Source: an uncultured Hormoscilla sp.
GTDB taxonomy: Bacteria > Cyanobacteriota > Cyanobacteriia > Cyanobacteriales > Desertifilaceae
Assembly (NCBI GenBank): GCA_963921275.4
Contig: OZ001293.3
Span: forward strand, 4,960,001 to 5,024,000
Length of the DNA stretch: 64,000 nucleotides
Direction: 5' to 3'
Position 1 is the first letter of the stretch. Every line of letters begins with the position of its first letter. The notes under the pieces are model-generated. The model ran no database searches. It saw only the letters and a list, made by a program, of their open reading frames with translations, and was not told where the DNA came from. The position numbers and the translations under genes were made by a program. Shown piece by piece: positions 21,049 to 34,994 of this stretch.

Positions 21049-22060
21049 ACCTAAGTTGCGACCTATTAAAAAAAATATGAATTACCCACTTAGACTTTAC
21101 AGATATTTGGGATATTTCGTAGCTTTTGATACAAAATTATATTTTTTTTGTGCTAGACGGCGGGTTGGCTGTTTATAGGTTATAATGTACTAAAATAATA
21201 GTTAATTGCTGGGGGATGTAGATGATGGAAGATATGATTACAACAATTTTTGTTCTTTGTGACGAGCTACTAAAAGCGTTAAATATAAAAGAAGATCCAC
21301 AAGTAAAAATGAACAATGCCGAAGTGATGACAGTCGGATTAGTTGCTGCATATTTTTTCGGAGGACACCACGATCGCTCTTGTCAATTTATGGTCGAACA
21401 CAAGTATATAAAAAATCTGTTAAGTAAAAGTATGTTCAATCGTCGATTACACAATATTGACGAACCAATTTGGATGTTTTTCTTCCAAGTTATAGCTCAA
21501 ACATTTAAAGAGCTCAATCCGGGTCAAGAATATATTCTTGATAGTTTCCCGGTGCCAGTATGTGATAATATTAGGATTGATAGATGCCAAATTTATAACA
21601 ATGAAGAATATCGAGGGTATATTGCCAGTAAAAAACGTTATTTTTATGGATTAAGAGTTCATATGTTGGTAAACAAAAATGGAAAGCCAATAGAATTTTA
21701 TCTAGATCCTGGTAGTTATAATGATGTTAAAGTTTTGCAATCTTTTGGCTTTGACTTACCATCAAATTCAATAGTTTATGGAGATAAAGCTTATAATGAT
21801 TATCAATTAGAGGATTTACTAAAAGAGTCGTCAAGTATAATGTTAAAACCTTTGCGAAAAAAGAACTCAAAAAGAAAAGAATATTCTTGTTTTGAATATA
21901 TACAAAAAGTAACAAGAAAACAAGTTGAAACCTGTTTTAGTCGAATCACAAATTTGTTTCCCAAGTCAATTCATGCTGTTACATCTAAGGGATTAGAGTT
22001 GAAAATAATTCTCTTTATCATAGCTTTTTGTATCCAATTTTTATAGGTCGCAACTTGAGT
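21049..22060 (+). mobile_element. IS982-family insertion sequence, copy 1
   Basis: TIRs ACCTAAGTTGCGACCTAT / ATAGGTCGCAACTTGAGT; TSD TATCTTA; 1012 bp. Confidence 0.93.
21222..22046 (+). CDS. IS982-family DDE transposase
   Basis: LDSFPVPVC, GYIASKKRYFYGLRVH, GDKAY, RKQVETCFS, IHAVT. Confidence 0.93.
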   Translation: MMEDMITTIFVLCDELLKALNIKEDPQVKMNNAEVMTVGLVAAYFFGGHHDRSCQFMVEHKYIKNLLSKSMFNRRLHNIDEPIWMFFFQVIAQTFKELNPGQEYILDSFPVPVCDNIRIDRCQIYNNEEYRGYIASKKRYFYGLRVHMLVNKNGKPIEFYLDPGSYNDVKVLQSFGFDLPSNSIVYGDKAYNDYQLEDLLKESSSIMLKPLRKKNSKRKEYSCFEYIQKVTRKQVETCFSRITNLFPKSIHAVTSKGLELKIILFIIAFCIQFL

Positions 22061-22263
22061 TATCTTATTGAGAGGTGTCCGGCGGGCGTCTCGCCTGCTC
22101 GGGGTGCGTAGGGCGGGCGTCTCGCCTGCCCGTGGGACGGGAAACCCAATAGAAATTGATAGAGAGGTTGGGTTTCGTGCCTCAACCCAACCTACGGGAC
22201 ATGCAGGATGGGGCTGTTGGGTTTCGTATCTCAACCCAACCTACATTGATGAATTCATGAGAA

Positions 22264-22335
22264 AGCCCGTGACGAGGATTGAACTCGTGACCTCACCCTT
22301 ACCAAGGGTGTGCTCTGCCACTGAGCTACACGGGC
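22264..22335 (-). tRNA. trnT: tRNA-Thr(GGT)
   Basis: GCCCGTGTAGCTCAGTGGCAGAGCACACCCTTGGTAAGGGTGAGGTCACGAGTTCAATCCTCGTCACGGGCT cloverleaf. Confidence 0.97.
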
Positions 22336-22362
22336 ACTATCTAAGTCTAATGTATATTGAGG

Positions 22363-22444
22363 TGGGCCGAGCTGGATTTGAACCAGCGTAGGCGTAGCCA
22401 GCGGATTTACAGTCCGCCCCCATTAACCACTCGGGCATCGACCC
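22363..22444 (-). tRNA. trnY: tRNA-Tyr(GTA)
   Basis: GGGTCGATGCCCGAGTGGTTAATGGGGGCGGACTGTAAATCCGC...GTTCAAATCCAGCTCGGCCCA; the usual cyanobacterial Tyr-Thr pair. Confidence 0.97.
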
Positions 22445-22463
22445 ATTTATTTGCTTCTTGATC

Positions 22464-22491
22464 AACCTAACACATAAATTTTAAATGTCAA
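22464..22491 (-). promoter_or_regulatory. Putative sigma70 promoter of the tRNA pair
   Basis: TTGACA-N16-TAGGTT, 20 nt upstream of tRNA-Tyr. Confidence 0.5.
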
Positions 22492-22538
22492 AGGTTTTTT
22501 TGAGATTTTTTTGGGGAGAGGCGGAAAATCGCCATTTT

Positions 22539-23813
<1,275 letters not shown>

Positions 23814-24702
23814 TTACAGTTTCTTGGTTATCCTCTGGGCGGGCTGGATAGCTGAGGCCGTTCGTAGTAAACGCTAAAGCGTTTGCCCTGTTGCGGTTGA
23901 GAGTGCCTCGTTACTGGTGGGAGGGGCGATCAAGCGGCTGCGGACAGATGCGCCAGCGACCCAATAACCGGGTGGATGGGAAAAACCAGGTTTCTTGATT
24001 TTTAGGGCGATCGCACAGGTCTAGGGAACGGGTGGGGCGATCGCGCCGTCAAAATCTACTTTTTGGCATAGGTCTAAGATCTACTCCGCGCGGTCATGAA
24101 TTGCGTCTTTCTCGCAATTGCCCCAAACCCTTAGATCGCCCCGCATTCCCCATCAGGGCATGGTAAACTTCAATTAACCACAGTGACATCATCATTAATC
24201 AGGGTCGAATCAATCCCCTGCAGGGTGGCCAGGGTTTCCCCTTCAAAATTAATCCAGGTATCGAGGCCCTGAGAACCTCCTGCTAGCCCGATCGCATAGC
24301 GTTCGCGCAGCCCCCCGATCGCGTAGCGTTCGCGCAGCCCGATCGCGTCCGTACCCTCTTCAAAGTCTATGATAGTACCCATGTCCGACTCCAGAACAAA
24401 AATATTGGCCTCTGATCCTTCGTAGAGACGATCGCTTCCATGGTTTCCGTAGACGCGATCTCTTCCCTCCCCGCCGATCAGAGTGTCCTCCTCCTCCTTC
24501 TCAAAGAGTGATAAAGTTAGGGGTTGGGGGTTGAGAGTTAGGGATTGACGAGTATTGCTGAAGTTAAGGTCAGTAGGAGAGTCGGCAACATTGTTCACAT
24601 TAATAATCAAAGCCTCCGAGTAACTGGCCCCAGTAACGTCAATAGTCTGAACGCGGATACTGTAACTAGATCGAATCTCCAAGTCCGGAGAACTGTTAAT
24701 TA

Positions 24703-25714
24703 ACCTAAGTTGCGACCTATTAAAAAAAATATGAATTACCCACTTAGACTTTACAGATATTTGGGATATTTCGTAGCTTTTGATACAAAATTATATTTTT
24801 TTTGTGCTAGACGGCGGGTTGGCTGTTTATAGGTTATAATGTACTAAAATAATAGTTAATTGCTGGGGGATGTAGATGATGGAAGATATGATTACAACAA
24901 TTTTTGTTCTTTGTGACGAGCTACTAAAAGCGTTAAATATAAAAGAAGATCCACAAGTAAAAATGAACAATGCCGAAGTGATGACAGTCGGATTAGTTGC
25001 TGCATATTTTTTCGGAGGACACCACGATCGCTCTTGTCAATTTATGGTCGAACACAAGTATATAAAAAATCTGTTAAGTAAAAGTATGTTCAATCGTCGA
25101 TTACACAATATTGACGAACCAATTTGGATGTTTTTCTTCCAAGTTATAGCTCAAACATTTAAAGAGCTCAATCCGGGTCAAGAATATATTCTTGATAGTT
25201 TCCCGGTGCCAGTATGTGATAATATTAGGATTGATAGATGCCAAATTTATAACAATGAAGAATATCGAGGGTATATTGCCAGTAAAAAACGTTATTTTTA
25301 TGGATTAAGAGTTCATATGTTGGTAAACAAAAATGGAAAGCCAATAGAATTTTATCTAGATCCTGGTAGTTATAATGATGTTAAAGTTTTGCAATCTTTT
25401 GGCTTTGACTTACCATCAAATTCAATAGTTTATGGAGATAAAGCTTATAATGATTATCAATTAGAAAATTTACTAAAAGAGTCGTCAAGTATAATGTTAA
25501 AACCTTTGCGAAAAAAGAACTCAAAAAGAAAAGAATATTCTTGTTTTGAATATATACAAAAAGTAACAAGAAAACAAGTTGAAACCTGTTTTAGTCGAAT
25601 CACCAATTTGTTTCCCAAGTCAATTCATGCTGTTACATCTAAGGGATTAGAGTTGAAAATAATTCTCTTTATCATAGCTTTTTGTATCCAATTTTTATAG
25701 GTCGCAACTTAAGT
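24703..25714 (+). mobile_element. IS982-family insertion sequence, copy 2, inside a cadherin repeat
   Basis: Nearly identical to copy 1 (one D/N change in the transposase); TSD TAATTA; 1012 bp. Confidence 0.93.
24876..25700 (+). CDS. IS982-family DDE transposase
   Basis: 273/274 aa identical to 21222-22046. Confidence 0.93.
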   Translation: MMEDMITTIFVLCDELLKALNIKEDPQVKMNNAEVMTVGLVAAYFFGGHHDRSCQFMVEHKYIKNLLSKSMFNRRLHNIDEPIWMFFFQVIAQTFKELNPGQEYILDSFPVPVCDNIRIDRCQIYNNEEYRGYIASKKRYFYGLRVHMLVNKNGKPIEFYLDPGSYNDVKVLQSFGFDLPSNSIVYGDKAYNDYQLENLLKESSSIMLKPLRKKNSKRKEYSCFEYIQKVTRKQVETCFSRITNLFPKSIHAVTSKGLELKIILFIIAFCIQFL

Positions 25715-28700
25715 TAATTAGCAGTTGGTCCCCTACTATAGTGAAAGCAGCGTTATCATCGTCATCAAAACCCGAGATTAACCGGTAGGTAAAAGTATTT
25801 CCCCCGTCGGGATCGCTAGTAGAGAAAGTCCCCACGATCGCACCCGCACGGGAATTTTCATTGATGCTGCTGTTGCTAAGAACTATATCAGTAGGAGACT
25901 CAGCAACATTGTTCACATTAATAATCAAAGCCTCCAAGTAACTAGCCCCAGTAGAGTCAGTAGTCTGGACTAATATCCTGTAAATGGACTGAGTCTCAAA
26001 GTCCGGAACACCGTTAATTCGCAGTTGGTCCCCCACTATAGTGAAAGCAGCATTATCATCGTCACCGTCGCCCGAGACTAACTGGTAAATAAAGGTATCT
26101 CCATTATCGGAGTCGCTAGTTCCGAAAGTCCCCACAACTGCACCTGAGGGAGAATCTTCATTGAGGCTGCTGCTGCTAAGGACTATATCAGTAGGAGAGG
26201 AGTTCTCTGCAACATCAATAACATTAATAGTCAAGACCGACTCCAAATTGTTATTAGCAGAGTCAGTAGTCTGGACGCGGAGGCTGTAACTCGACTGAGT
26301 CTCAAAGTCCAAAGAACTATTAGTTAGCAGTTGATCCCCTACTATAGTGAAGGCATTGTTGCCCGAGACTAACTGGTAAGTAAAGGTATCTCCATTATCG
26401 GGATCGCTAGTTTCTAAAGTCCCCACAACTGCACCCCTAGGAGAGTTTTCATTGATGCTGCTGCTGCTAAGAACTATATCGGTAGGAGACTCGCCGACAT
26501 CGTTGACATTAATAGTCAAGACCGACTCCAAATTGTTATCAGCAGAGTCAGTAGTCTGGACGCGGATGCTGTAACTCGACTGAGTCTCAAAGTCCAAAGA
26601 ACTGTTAATTCGCAGTTGGTCCCCTACTATAGTAAAGGCATTGTTGCCCGAGACTAACTGGTAGGTAAAGCTATCTCCCTCGTCAGGGTCAGTAGTTCCG
26701 AAAGTCCCTACAACTGCACCTGAGGGGGAATTTTCATCGATGCTACTGCTGCTAAGGACTAGGTCGGTAGGAGACTCGCCGACATCGTTGACATTAATAG
26801 TCAAGACCGACTCCAAATTGTTATCAGCAGAGTCAGTAGTCTGGACGCGGATGCTGTAACTCGACTGAGTCTCAAAGTCCAAAGAACTGTTAATTCGCAG
26901 TTGGTCCCCTACTATAGTAAAGGCATTGTTGCCCGAGACTAACTGGTAGGTAAAGCTATCTCCCTCGTCAGGGTCAGTAGTTCCGAAAGTCCCTACAACT
27001 GCACCTGAGGGGGAATTTTCATCGATGCTACTGCTGCTAAGGACTAGGTCGGTAGGAGACTCGCCGACATCGTTGACATTAATAGTCAAGACCGACTCCA
27101 AATTGTTATCAGCAGAGTCAGTAGTCTGGACGCGGATGCTGTAACTCGACTGAGTCTCAAAGTCCAAAGAACTGTTAATTCGCAGTGAGTCTCCCACTAT
27201 GGTGAAAGCGTCATTATCATCGTCACCAACGCCTGAGACAAGCATATAGGTAAAGCGATCGTCAGCGTCAGGGTCAGTAGTAGAGAAAATGCCCACAACT
27301 GCACCCCCAGGGGAGTTTTCATCAATGCTACTGCTGCTGAGGTTGATGTCCGTCGGAGATTCGGCAACATCGTTCACGTCAATAATCAAAACCGACTCAA
27401 AAGCATTATTAGTAGAGTCGGTAGCTTGGACTGAGATGATGTAACTCGACTGAGTCTCAAAGTCCAAAGAACTGTTAGTTAGCAGTTGGTCCCCTACTAT
27501 CGTGAAGGCGTTGTTGCCGAAGACTAACTGATAGGTAAAACTATCTCCCTCGTCGGGGTCAGTAGTAGAGAAAGTCCCCACAACTGCACCCTCAGGAGAG
27601 TTTTCATCAATGCTGCTGCTGCTGAGAACTAAGTTGGTAGGAGACTCGGCAACATCATTGACGTTAATCATGAAGGCCTCCGTGTAACTGGCATCAGCAG
27701 AGTCAGTAGTCTGGACGCGGATGAGATAACTCGACTGAGTCTCAAAGTTTAAGGAACTGTTAATTCGCAGTTGGTCCCCTACTATAGTGAAGTCGGCGTT
27801 ATTATCGGCACCAGCGCCGGAGACTAACTGGTAGGTAAAGCTATCTCCCATGTCAGGGTCGGCAGTAGAGAAAGTCCCCACAACTGCACCATCAGAAGAG
27901 TTTTCATCAATACTGCTGTTGCTAAGGACTATGTCGGTAGGAGACTCGGCAACATCATTGACGTTAATCATGAAGCCTCCGTGTAACTGGCATCAGCAGA
28001 GTCAGTAGTCTGGACGCGGATGAGATAACTCGACTGAGTCTCAAAGTCCGGAGAACTGTTAATTCGCAGTTGGTCCCCTACTATAGTGAAGTCGGCGTTA
28101 TTATCGGCACCAGCGCCGGAGACTAACTGGTAGGTAAAGCTATCTCCCATGTCAGGGTCGGCAGTAGAGAAAGTCCCCACAACTGCACCCTCAGGAGAGT
28201 TTTCATTAATGCTGCTGCTGCTAAGGACTATGTCGGTAGGAGACTCGGCAACATCATTGACGTTAATAGTAAAGACCTCTGAGTAACTGGCCCCAACAAA
28301 GTCGGTAGTCTGGACGCGGATGCTGTAACTGGACTGGGTCTCAAAGTCCAAGGAACTGTTAGTTCGTAGTTGGTCCCCTACTATGGTGAAGGCTTCGTTA
28401 TGATCGGCACCCTCGCCTGTGACTAACTCGTAGGTAAAGCTATCTCCCATGTCAGGGTCGGCAGTAGAGAAAGTCCCTACGACTGCACCCTCAGGAGAGT
28501 TTTCATCAATGCTGCTGCTGCTAAGGACTATGTCGGTAGGAGACTCATCAATAATATTGTTGACGTTAATAGTAAAGACCTCTGAGTAACTGGCCATAGC
28601 AGCGTCGGTAGTCTGGACGCGGATGCTGTAACTGGACTGGGTCTCAAAGTCCAAGGAACTGTTAGTTCGTAGTTGATCCCCTACTATGGTGAAGGCTTCG

Positions 28701-30880
28701 TTATGATCGGCACCCTCGCCTGTGACTAACTCGTAGGTAAAGCTATCTCCTTCGTCAAGGTCGGCAGTAGAGAAAGTCCCTACGACTGTACCCTCAGCGG
28801 AGTTTTCATTAATGCTGCTGCTGCTAAGGACTATGTCGGTAGGAGACTCATCAATAATATTGTTGACGTTAATAGTAAAGACCTCTGAGTAACTGGCCCC
28901 AACAGAGTCGGTAGTCTGGACGCGGATGCTGTAACTGGACTGGGTCTCAAAGTCCAAGGAACTGTTAGTTCGTAGTTGATCCCCTACTATGGTGAAGGCT
29001 TCGTGATCATCGTTGTCGCCTGTGACTAACTCGTAGGTAAAGCTATCTCCCATGTCAGGGTCGGTAGTAGAGAAAGTCCCTACGACTGTACCCTCAGGGG
29101 AGTTTTCATTGATGCTGCTGTTGCTAAGGACTATGTCGGTAGGAGACTCGTTAACATTGTTGACGTTGATAGTAAAGACCTCTGAGTAACTGGCCATAGC
29201 AGCGTCGGTAGTCTGGACGCGGATGCTGTAACTGGACTGGGTCTCAAAGTCCAAGGAACTGTTAGTTCGTAGTTGGTCTCTTACTATGGTGAAGGCTTCG
29301 TTATGATCGGCACCCTCGCCTGTGACTAACTCGTAGGTAAAGCTATCTCCTTCGTCAAGGTCGGCAGTAGAGAAAGTTCCTACGACTGTACCCTCAGCGG
29401 AGTTTTCATTAATGCTGCTGTTGCTGAGTTCGAGGTCTGTAGGACGATAGTTGGTCCTGAATTGGTTGCCGAACAGGTCGTCACTGTTCAGCAAGGTGCC
29501 CGGCATGATGGACGCTGGAGTGGACGTTTCCACATTATTAGCGGCCAGATTTTCCGAGAAGGTTACATCTGTGAGGGTCACGGTCGGCAGGCTGGTGGGC
29601 AGGCCCTCGTTGTTATTTTTTTCATCTTCGATATTGATGGTGATGTGCAGGGCGAAAATGGCGCCCCCCAGACCTTGGCCGCCGGGTTTCCACCTTGAGC
29701 TTCATTGTCGTCAAACCTGCTGTTCAAAACGCTGAGCTCGCCCTCGCGGATGAATATGGCTCCGCCCATGCCTGCGCCGCCGCCGCCGGCTATTGTCAGC
29801 GTCGCCGCCGCCGAAGCCGGCGTCGCCTCTGGGGCCGCAGGGGCCTCTGCTGGCGCCGTCGCCGTCGTCGAGGCCGCCGAAGCCGCCGAGGCTGCCGAAG
29901 CCGCCTGTGCCGATGTCGTCGAAGCCGCCGCCTGTGGCGCCTGTGCCGCAGACGCCGCCGCCGCCGAAGCCGCCTGTGCCGCCCATGCCGCGAGAGCGGC
30001 CCACATCGCCCATGCCGCCCATACCGCCGTTTTCGCCGAAGAGGCCGGTGCCGCCCTTTTCGCCGATGCCGACGTCTGGCGTATTATTAGTAGGAATGAC
30101 GAAATTAGCATTACCACCTGCTCCACTGCTGCCGCCCTCGCCACCAATGGCGCTATTATTCTGGAAAGTGCTATCGGTCACCGTGACCGTCCCGTCAAAG
30201 ACAAACAGGGCACCGCCTATGCCTGCCCCGCCGCCGCCGCCATTGCCTCCTAGGGCCCGGCCATCGCTAAAGGTCAGGTCATCGAAATTGACTGTACCGC
30301 TTTTGACAAAGAACAGCCGGTACTGGTTTAAGCCATTAATGGTGTTGTCGTTCCCATTTATCGTCAGCCCGACGTCTTCTTCAATAAGGGGTAGCAACTC
30401 CGTCAGGGTAATATCTCCCGTGATGTTAATGGTATCTGCCTGAGTTTTACTATTGGAACTGGTGATGGCTTGGGATAGTTCTATTGCTGTGTCTACGTCA
30501 AATGTAGCCATAATTTCTCCTGGCGGTGAGCGAAGTTGAATGTAAAGGATGAACTTTTTTAGGGGTTGGTCACCGGCGACCTTGAGGGAAGATTTTAGCC
30601 CTCTTTTGTACACCGGTAACCTTTCCTGCTTTAACTACAGTCATTAATACATATTTTACGGAAATTATCATAATTTTTTTTGCCACTATACCGTCGGGGT
30701 GGGGTGTCTCTGTTCAATAACGATGTCTGTGTAGTTCCCATGTCGATCGCCAGTTATGCCCCATTATTGTTATACATCATATTCGCTGGCGATCCCTCCC
30801 TAGCCTTTTCAACAGGCGCTATTGAGCAATTTGCCTCCGGGGGCTGGAGGGGCTCTTCTTGCCAACGGGCGCAAGACCAC

Positions 30881-31584
30881 ATTTCTGATTTTACTCTGGC
30901 CTTGGAGGTGCTTACTCTGGCATTTGGTAATCTTGTATCACGTCAAAGCCAAAAGTTGTGACGCCACTGAATGACTCTCGTACTCGGTGGAATGATTCAG
31001 TTACTCCTGGAAATGAACAGTTAGCTCTGGAAATGAATAATTTTTCCCGGGAATGACTGAGTCGTTCCTTGGAGTGACTCAGTTATTCCCGGATAAAATA
31101 TTTCTATTGTTAAGGGGCGCGATCGCAGGCTGCGACCTTGGAGGCCAATGCCATTTAAAGAGAAAGCCCAGAGTCGGTTGAGATGCCTAAAGGGCGCACT
31201 ACTTGTATTGCTGGGCTGTATCACTTGACTGAATTTCTGATTTTACTCTGGCCTTGGAGGTGCTTACTCTGGCATTTGGTAATCTTGTATCACGTCAAAG
31301 CCAAAAGTTGTGACGCCACTGAATGACTCTCGTACTCGGTGGAATGATTCAGTTACTCCTGGAAATGAACAGTTAGCTCTGGAAATGAATAATTTTTCCC
31401 GGGAATGACTGAGTCGTTCCTTGGAGTGACTCAGTTATTCCCGGATAAAATATTTCTATTGTTAAGGGGCACGATCGCAGGCTGCGACCTTGGAGGCCAA
31501 TGCTATTTAAGGAGAAAGCCCAGAGTCGGTTGAGATGCCTAAAGGGCGCACTACTTGTATTGCTGGGCTGTATCACTTGACTGA
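30881..31584. repeat. Tandem duplication, 2 x 352 bp
   Basis: ATTTCTGATTTTACTCTGGCC at 30881 and 31233; only a few substitutions. Confidence 0.93.
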
Positions 31585-31767
31585 GCCATGTTTCGGCTAA
31601 ACTGAATTGAGTGAGTTTGACGGAGGAAAAAGGCTGATAGCCTTGGGGACAGCAGGCGCCCTCAGGCCAACGGAGGGAAGGAGGGGTCGAAGATGTCTCA
31701 TTGACCGACCTGCCGATCTCCGATACTAGGTAATATCATAGATTAAGCTGCTGTTAGTTGCTAGTAT

Positions 31768-33603
31768 ATGAGCTATTGCCTAAGTCCAAATTGCACCAAA
31801 CCCCAAAACCCGCCTAGAACGAGCTTTTGCCAAAGTTGCGGGGCGGAACTGAGACTGCTGAAAGGTCGCTATCGCGTCATCAGCTTGCTCTCGGATCTGG
31901 GAGGCTTCGCGAAAACCTATCTGGCAGCGGATGTTGCTAGGGAGAATGCTAATTGCGCTATTAAACAACTTGTGCCATTGCCGGAAATAAAGAGCGATCG
32001 CCAATTGCTAGCCAAGGCGATCGCTCTATTTGAGCAAGAGGCCCAGGGTCTGCTGAGGTTGGAGTCTCATCCCCAAATCCCTCTGCTGTTAGATTTCTTT
32101 GAGGAAGACAACCAGCGCTATCTGGTGCAGGAGTTTGTGGAAGGACAGAACCTCTGGCAGGAGTTGCAACAGCAGGGGGCTTTTAAGGAAGCACAGATCC
32201 GAGAACTGTTGCTGGATCTGTTACCCGTACTCCAGTTTATCCACGATCGCCAGATCGTTCACCGAGACATTAAACCTGCCAATATCATGCGTCGTCAGCC
32301 CGACGGTAAGTTGGTGCTGATTGATTTTGGCATTTCTAAGCAACTGGCCCAAACGGTGATGACCAAAACGGGCACGGCAGCTATTGGCACCCAGGGCTAT
32401 GCCCCGATCGAACAAATGCTTACTGGTAAAGTTTATCCTGCTAGCGATATCTACAGCTTGGGCGTTACCTGCATTCATCTGCTTACAGCTGCTGCTCCCG
32501 AGAGACTTTATCGGCCCCGAGAGGGAAATTGGTTCTGGCGAGATTATCTGTCCCAGGGGATGTACGTGAGCGAAAATCTAAGGGCGATCTTGGATAAGAT
32601 GATCGAGCTGATGATGCACGAACGCTATCAATCAGCGGATGAAGTCCTGATTGATTTACAGTCTGCTTCTGCCAAGTCAGCTTCGGTCCCATCAAACCCG
32701 ATCTTATTAGATTTGATTGGAGATATTAATAATGACCTGGGCATCACTAGGGCGCCAACCCTGACTGTGGCGAAACTCGGTCCTGCTGACTATAGAACTA
32801 TTAGTGAGGCGATCGCCAACGCCTTCTATGATACGATCATACGGGTGTGTGCTGGTTTCTACTCAGAAAGTCTCGTAATTGATAAGCCGCTACAAATTGT
32901 CGGGGATGGGGCTAGGGAAGACGCGATCGTCGAGAGTACATTCTCGCCCTGCCTACAGATGCGGACAGACCGCGCTGCAATTAGAGGCATAACCCTGCGT
33001 CATCGGGATGTGACCAAAAATGCTGACCCTATCGGCCGCTTTATCAGTCAGCCCCTGCTGAAACCCTATGCTATTGATATCCCCCAAGGAGAGTTAATTC
33101 TGGAGGACTGCGATATCGCCTCCACGGGTATTGCTTGCATATATATTCACGGCGCTGCTGTATCCTCATGTCTTCGCCGCTGTCAAATCTATGGAGGGGC
33201 AAAATATGGAATTTTGGTCGGCCAAAAGGTCCGGGTAAAGGTAGAATCATGCAATATTTACGGCCATGGGATCGGAATATATGTCCTCAAAGGTAGCAAC
33301 CCGCATTTGCTGCGCTGCCAAATTCACGACATGGCAGCAGATGGAATATTGGTAACCAATAAAGGTGAGGTAAGGGTAGAGGACTGCGATATCTTCGACA
33401 ATGCTGGGGTGGGGATAAAGGTTAAAAAAACTTGCAATCTCACTGTCCGAGGCTGCAATATCTACGGGAATAAACAGCAGGGCCTGCATGTGGAGTCGAA
33501 CGGCGCTGGCCCGATCGACAACTGCGATTTGAGAGGTAATGATGGGGGTGCCTGGTATATTGCCCCCCGCTGTGCGGTGCGCCGCAGCTGCAATTTGGAA
33601 TAG
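31768..33603 (+). CDS. Ser/Thr protein kinase with C-terminal right-handed beta-helix
   Basis: MSYCLSPNC Cys motif, GGFAKTY, HRDIKPAN, LIDFG, GTQGYAPIE; C-terminal CxIxxN repeats. Confidence 0.93.
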   Translation: MSYCLSPNCTKPQNPPRTSFCQSCGAELRLLKGRYRVISLLSDLGGFAKTYLAADVARENANCAIKQLVPLPEIKSDRQLLAKAIALFEQEAQGLLRLESHPQIPLLLDFFEEDNQRYLVQEFVEGQNLWQELQQQGAFKEAQIRELLLDLLPVLQFIHDRQIVHRDIKPANIMRRQPDGKLVLIDFGISKQLAQTVMTKTGTAAIGTQGYAPIEQMLTGKVYPASDIYSLGVTCIHLLTAAAPERLYRPREGNWFWRDYLSQGMYVSENLRAILDKMIELMMHERYQSADEVLIDLQSASAKSASVPSNPILLDLIGDINNDLGITRAPTLTVAKLGPADYRTISEAIANAFYDTIIRVCAGFYSESLVIDKPLQIVGDGAREDAIVESTFSPCLQMRTDRAAIRGITLRHRDVTKNADPIGRFISQPLLKPYAIDIPQGELILEDCDIASTGIACIYIHGAAVSSCLRRCQIYGGAKYGILVGQKVRVKVESCNIYGHGIGIYVLKGSNPHLLRCQIHDMAADGILVTNKGEVRVEDCDIFDNAGVGIKVKKTCNLTVRGCNIYGNKQQGLHVESNGAGPIDNCDLRGNDGGAWYIAPRCAVRRSCNLE

Positions 33604-33624
33604 TCGCTAAATTCAAAATTCATG

Positions 33625-33815
33625 CAGGGGGAAACCCTTTGAACCCTCATAACGAGTTGTGGGTTTTACCCCACCTGACTATCCTGGACGTGGTGCCCAG
33701 TTACGCCAGAACGAATCGCACCTACAAGTTATTACCGTTATTTCCAGGGGGAAACCGGTCTTAGCCATCCAAATCACCGGTGATACTGATGAAGTTTCGG
33801 CTAAACGAATCGCAC
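33625..33815 (-). mobile_element. Two stacked, truncated group II intron 5' ends
   Basis: GTGCGATTCGTTTAG at 33815 and GTGCGATTCGTTCTGG at 33721; no D5/D6 downstream before the kinase gene. Confidence 0.7.
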
Positions 33816-33817
33816 AA

Positions 33818-34725
<908 letters not shown>

Positions 34726-34994
34726 AAGTCGTCATATCTTTAGTTTACCCCAAGATTGACAGTTACCGTCCCTTAAGCAAAGATAAAACTGGTTGCGCCT
34801 TGGGTGAGAATTACGTTAAATTATATTAAGATTCTGGCTCTTGGGCTTAAAAATTCTCTATAGCTAGCTGCTGAAGGAGAAGGGCCGCTACTGGCAGTCA
34901 GGAAAAAGCGTCTGTTAAAGACAAAAAATTGGGGCAAACACCCAAGACATTCGATCGCACTGTTGTAAGCCATATATAGACATCACCGAAACAG

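Larger units (their letters stand above)
24170..30511 (-). pseudogene. Large secreted adhesin: Gly-rich beta-helix N-terminus, about 13 cadherin-like repeats, RTX-like tail; broken by frameshifts and IS982
   Basis: ATG 30511 (MATFDVDTA, AGGAG upstream); repeats ESPTDIVLSxSSIxENSxxGxVVGTF...LDFETQSSYSIRVQTTD; frame breaks near 29795, 29680 and 27975; IS at 24703-25714; tail DTLIGGEGRDRVYGNHGSDRLY. Confidence 0.88.

Noticed and set aside
29695..30443. Ala/Pro/Arg-rich + strand ORFs
   Set aside because: Antisense shadows of the GC-rich glycine-repeat region of the adhesin gene.
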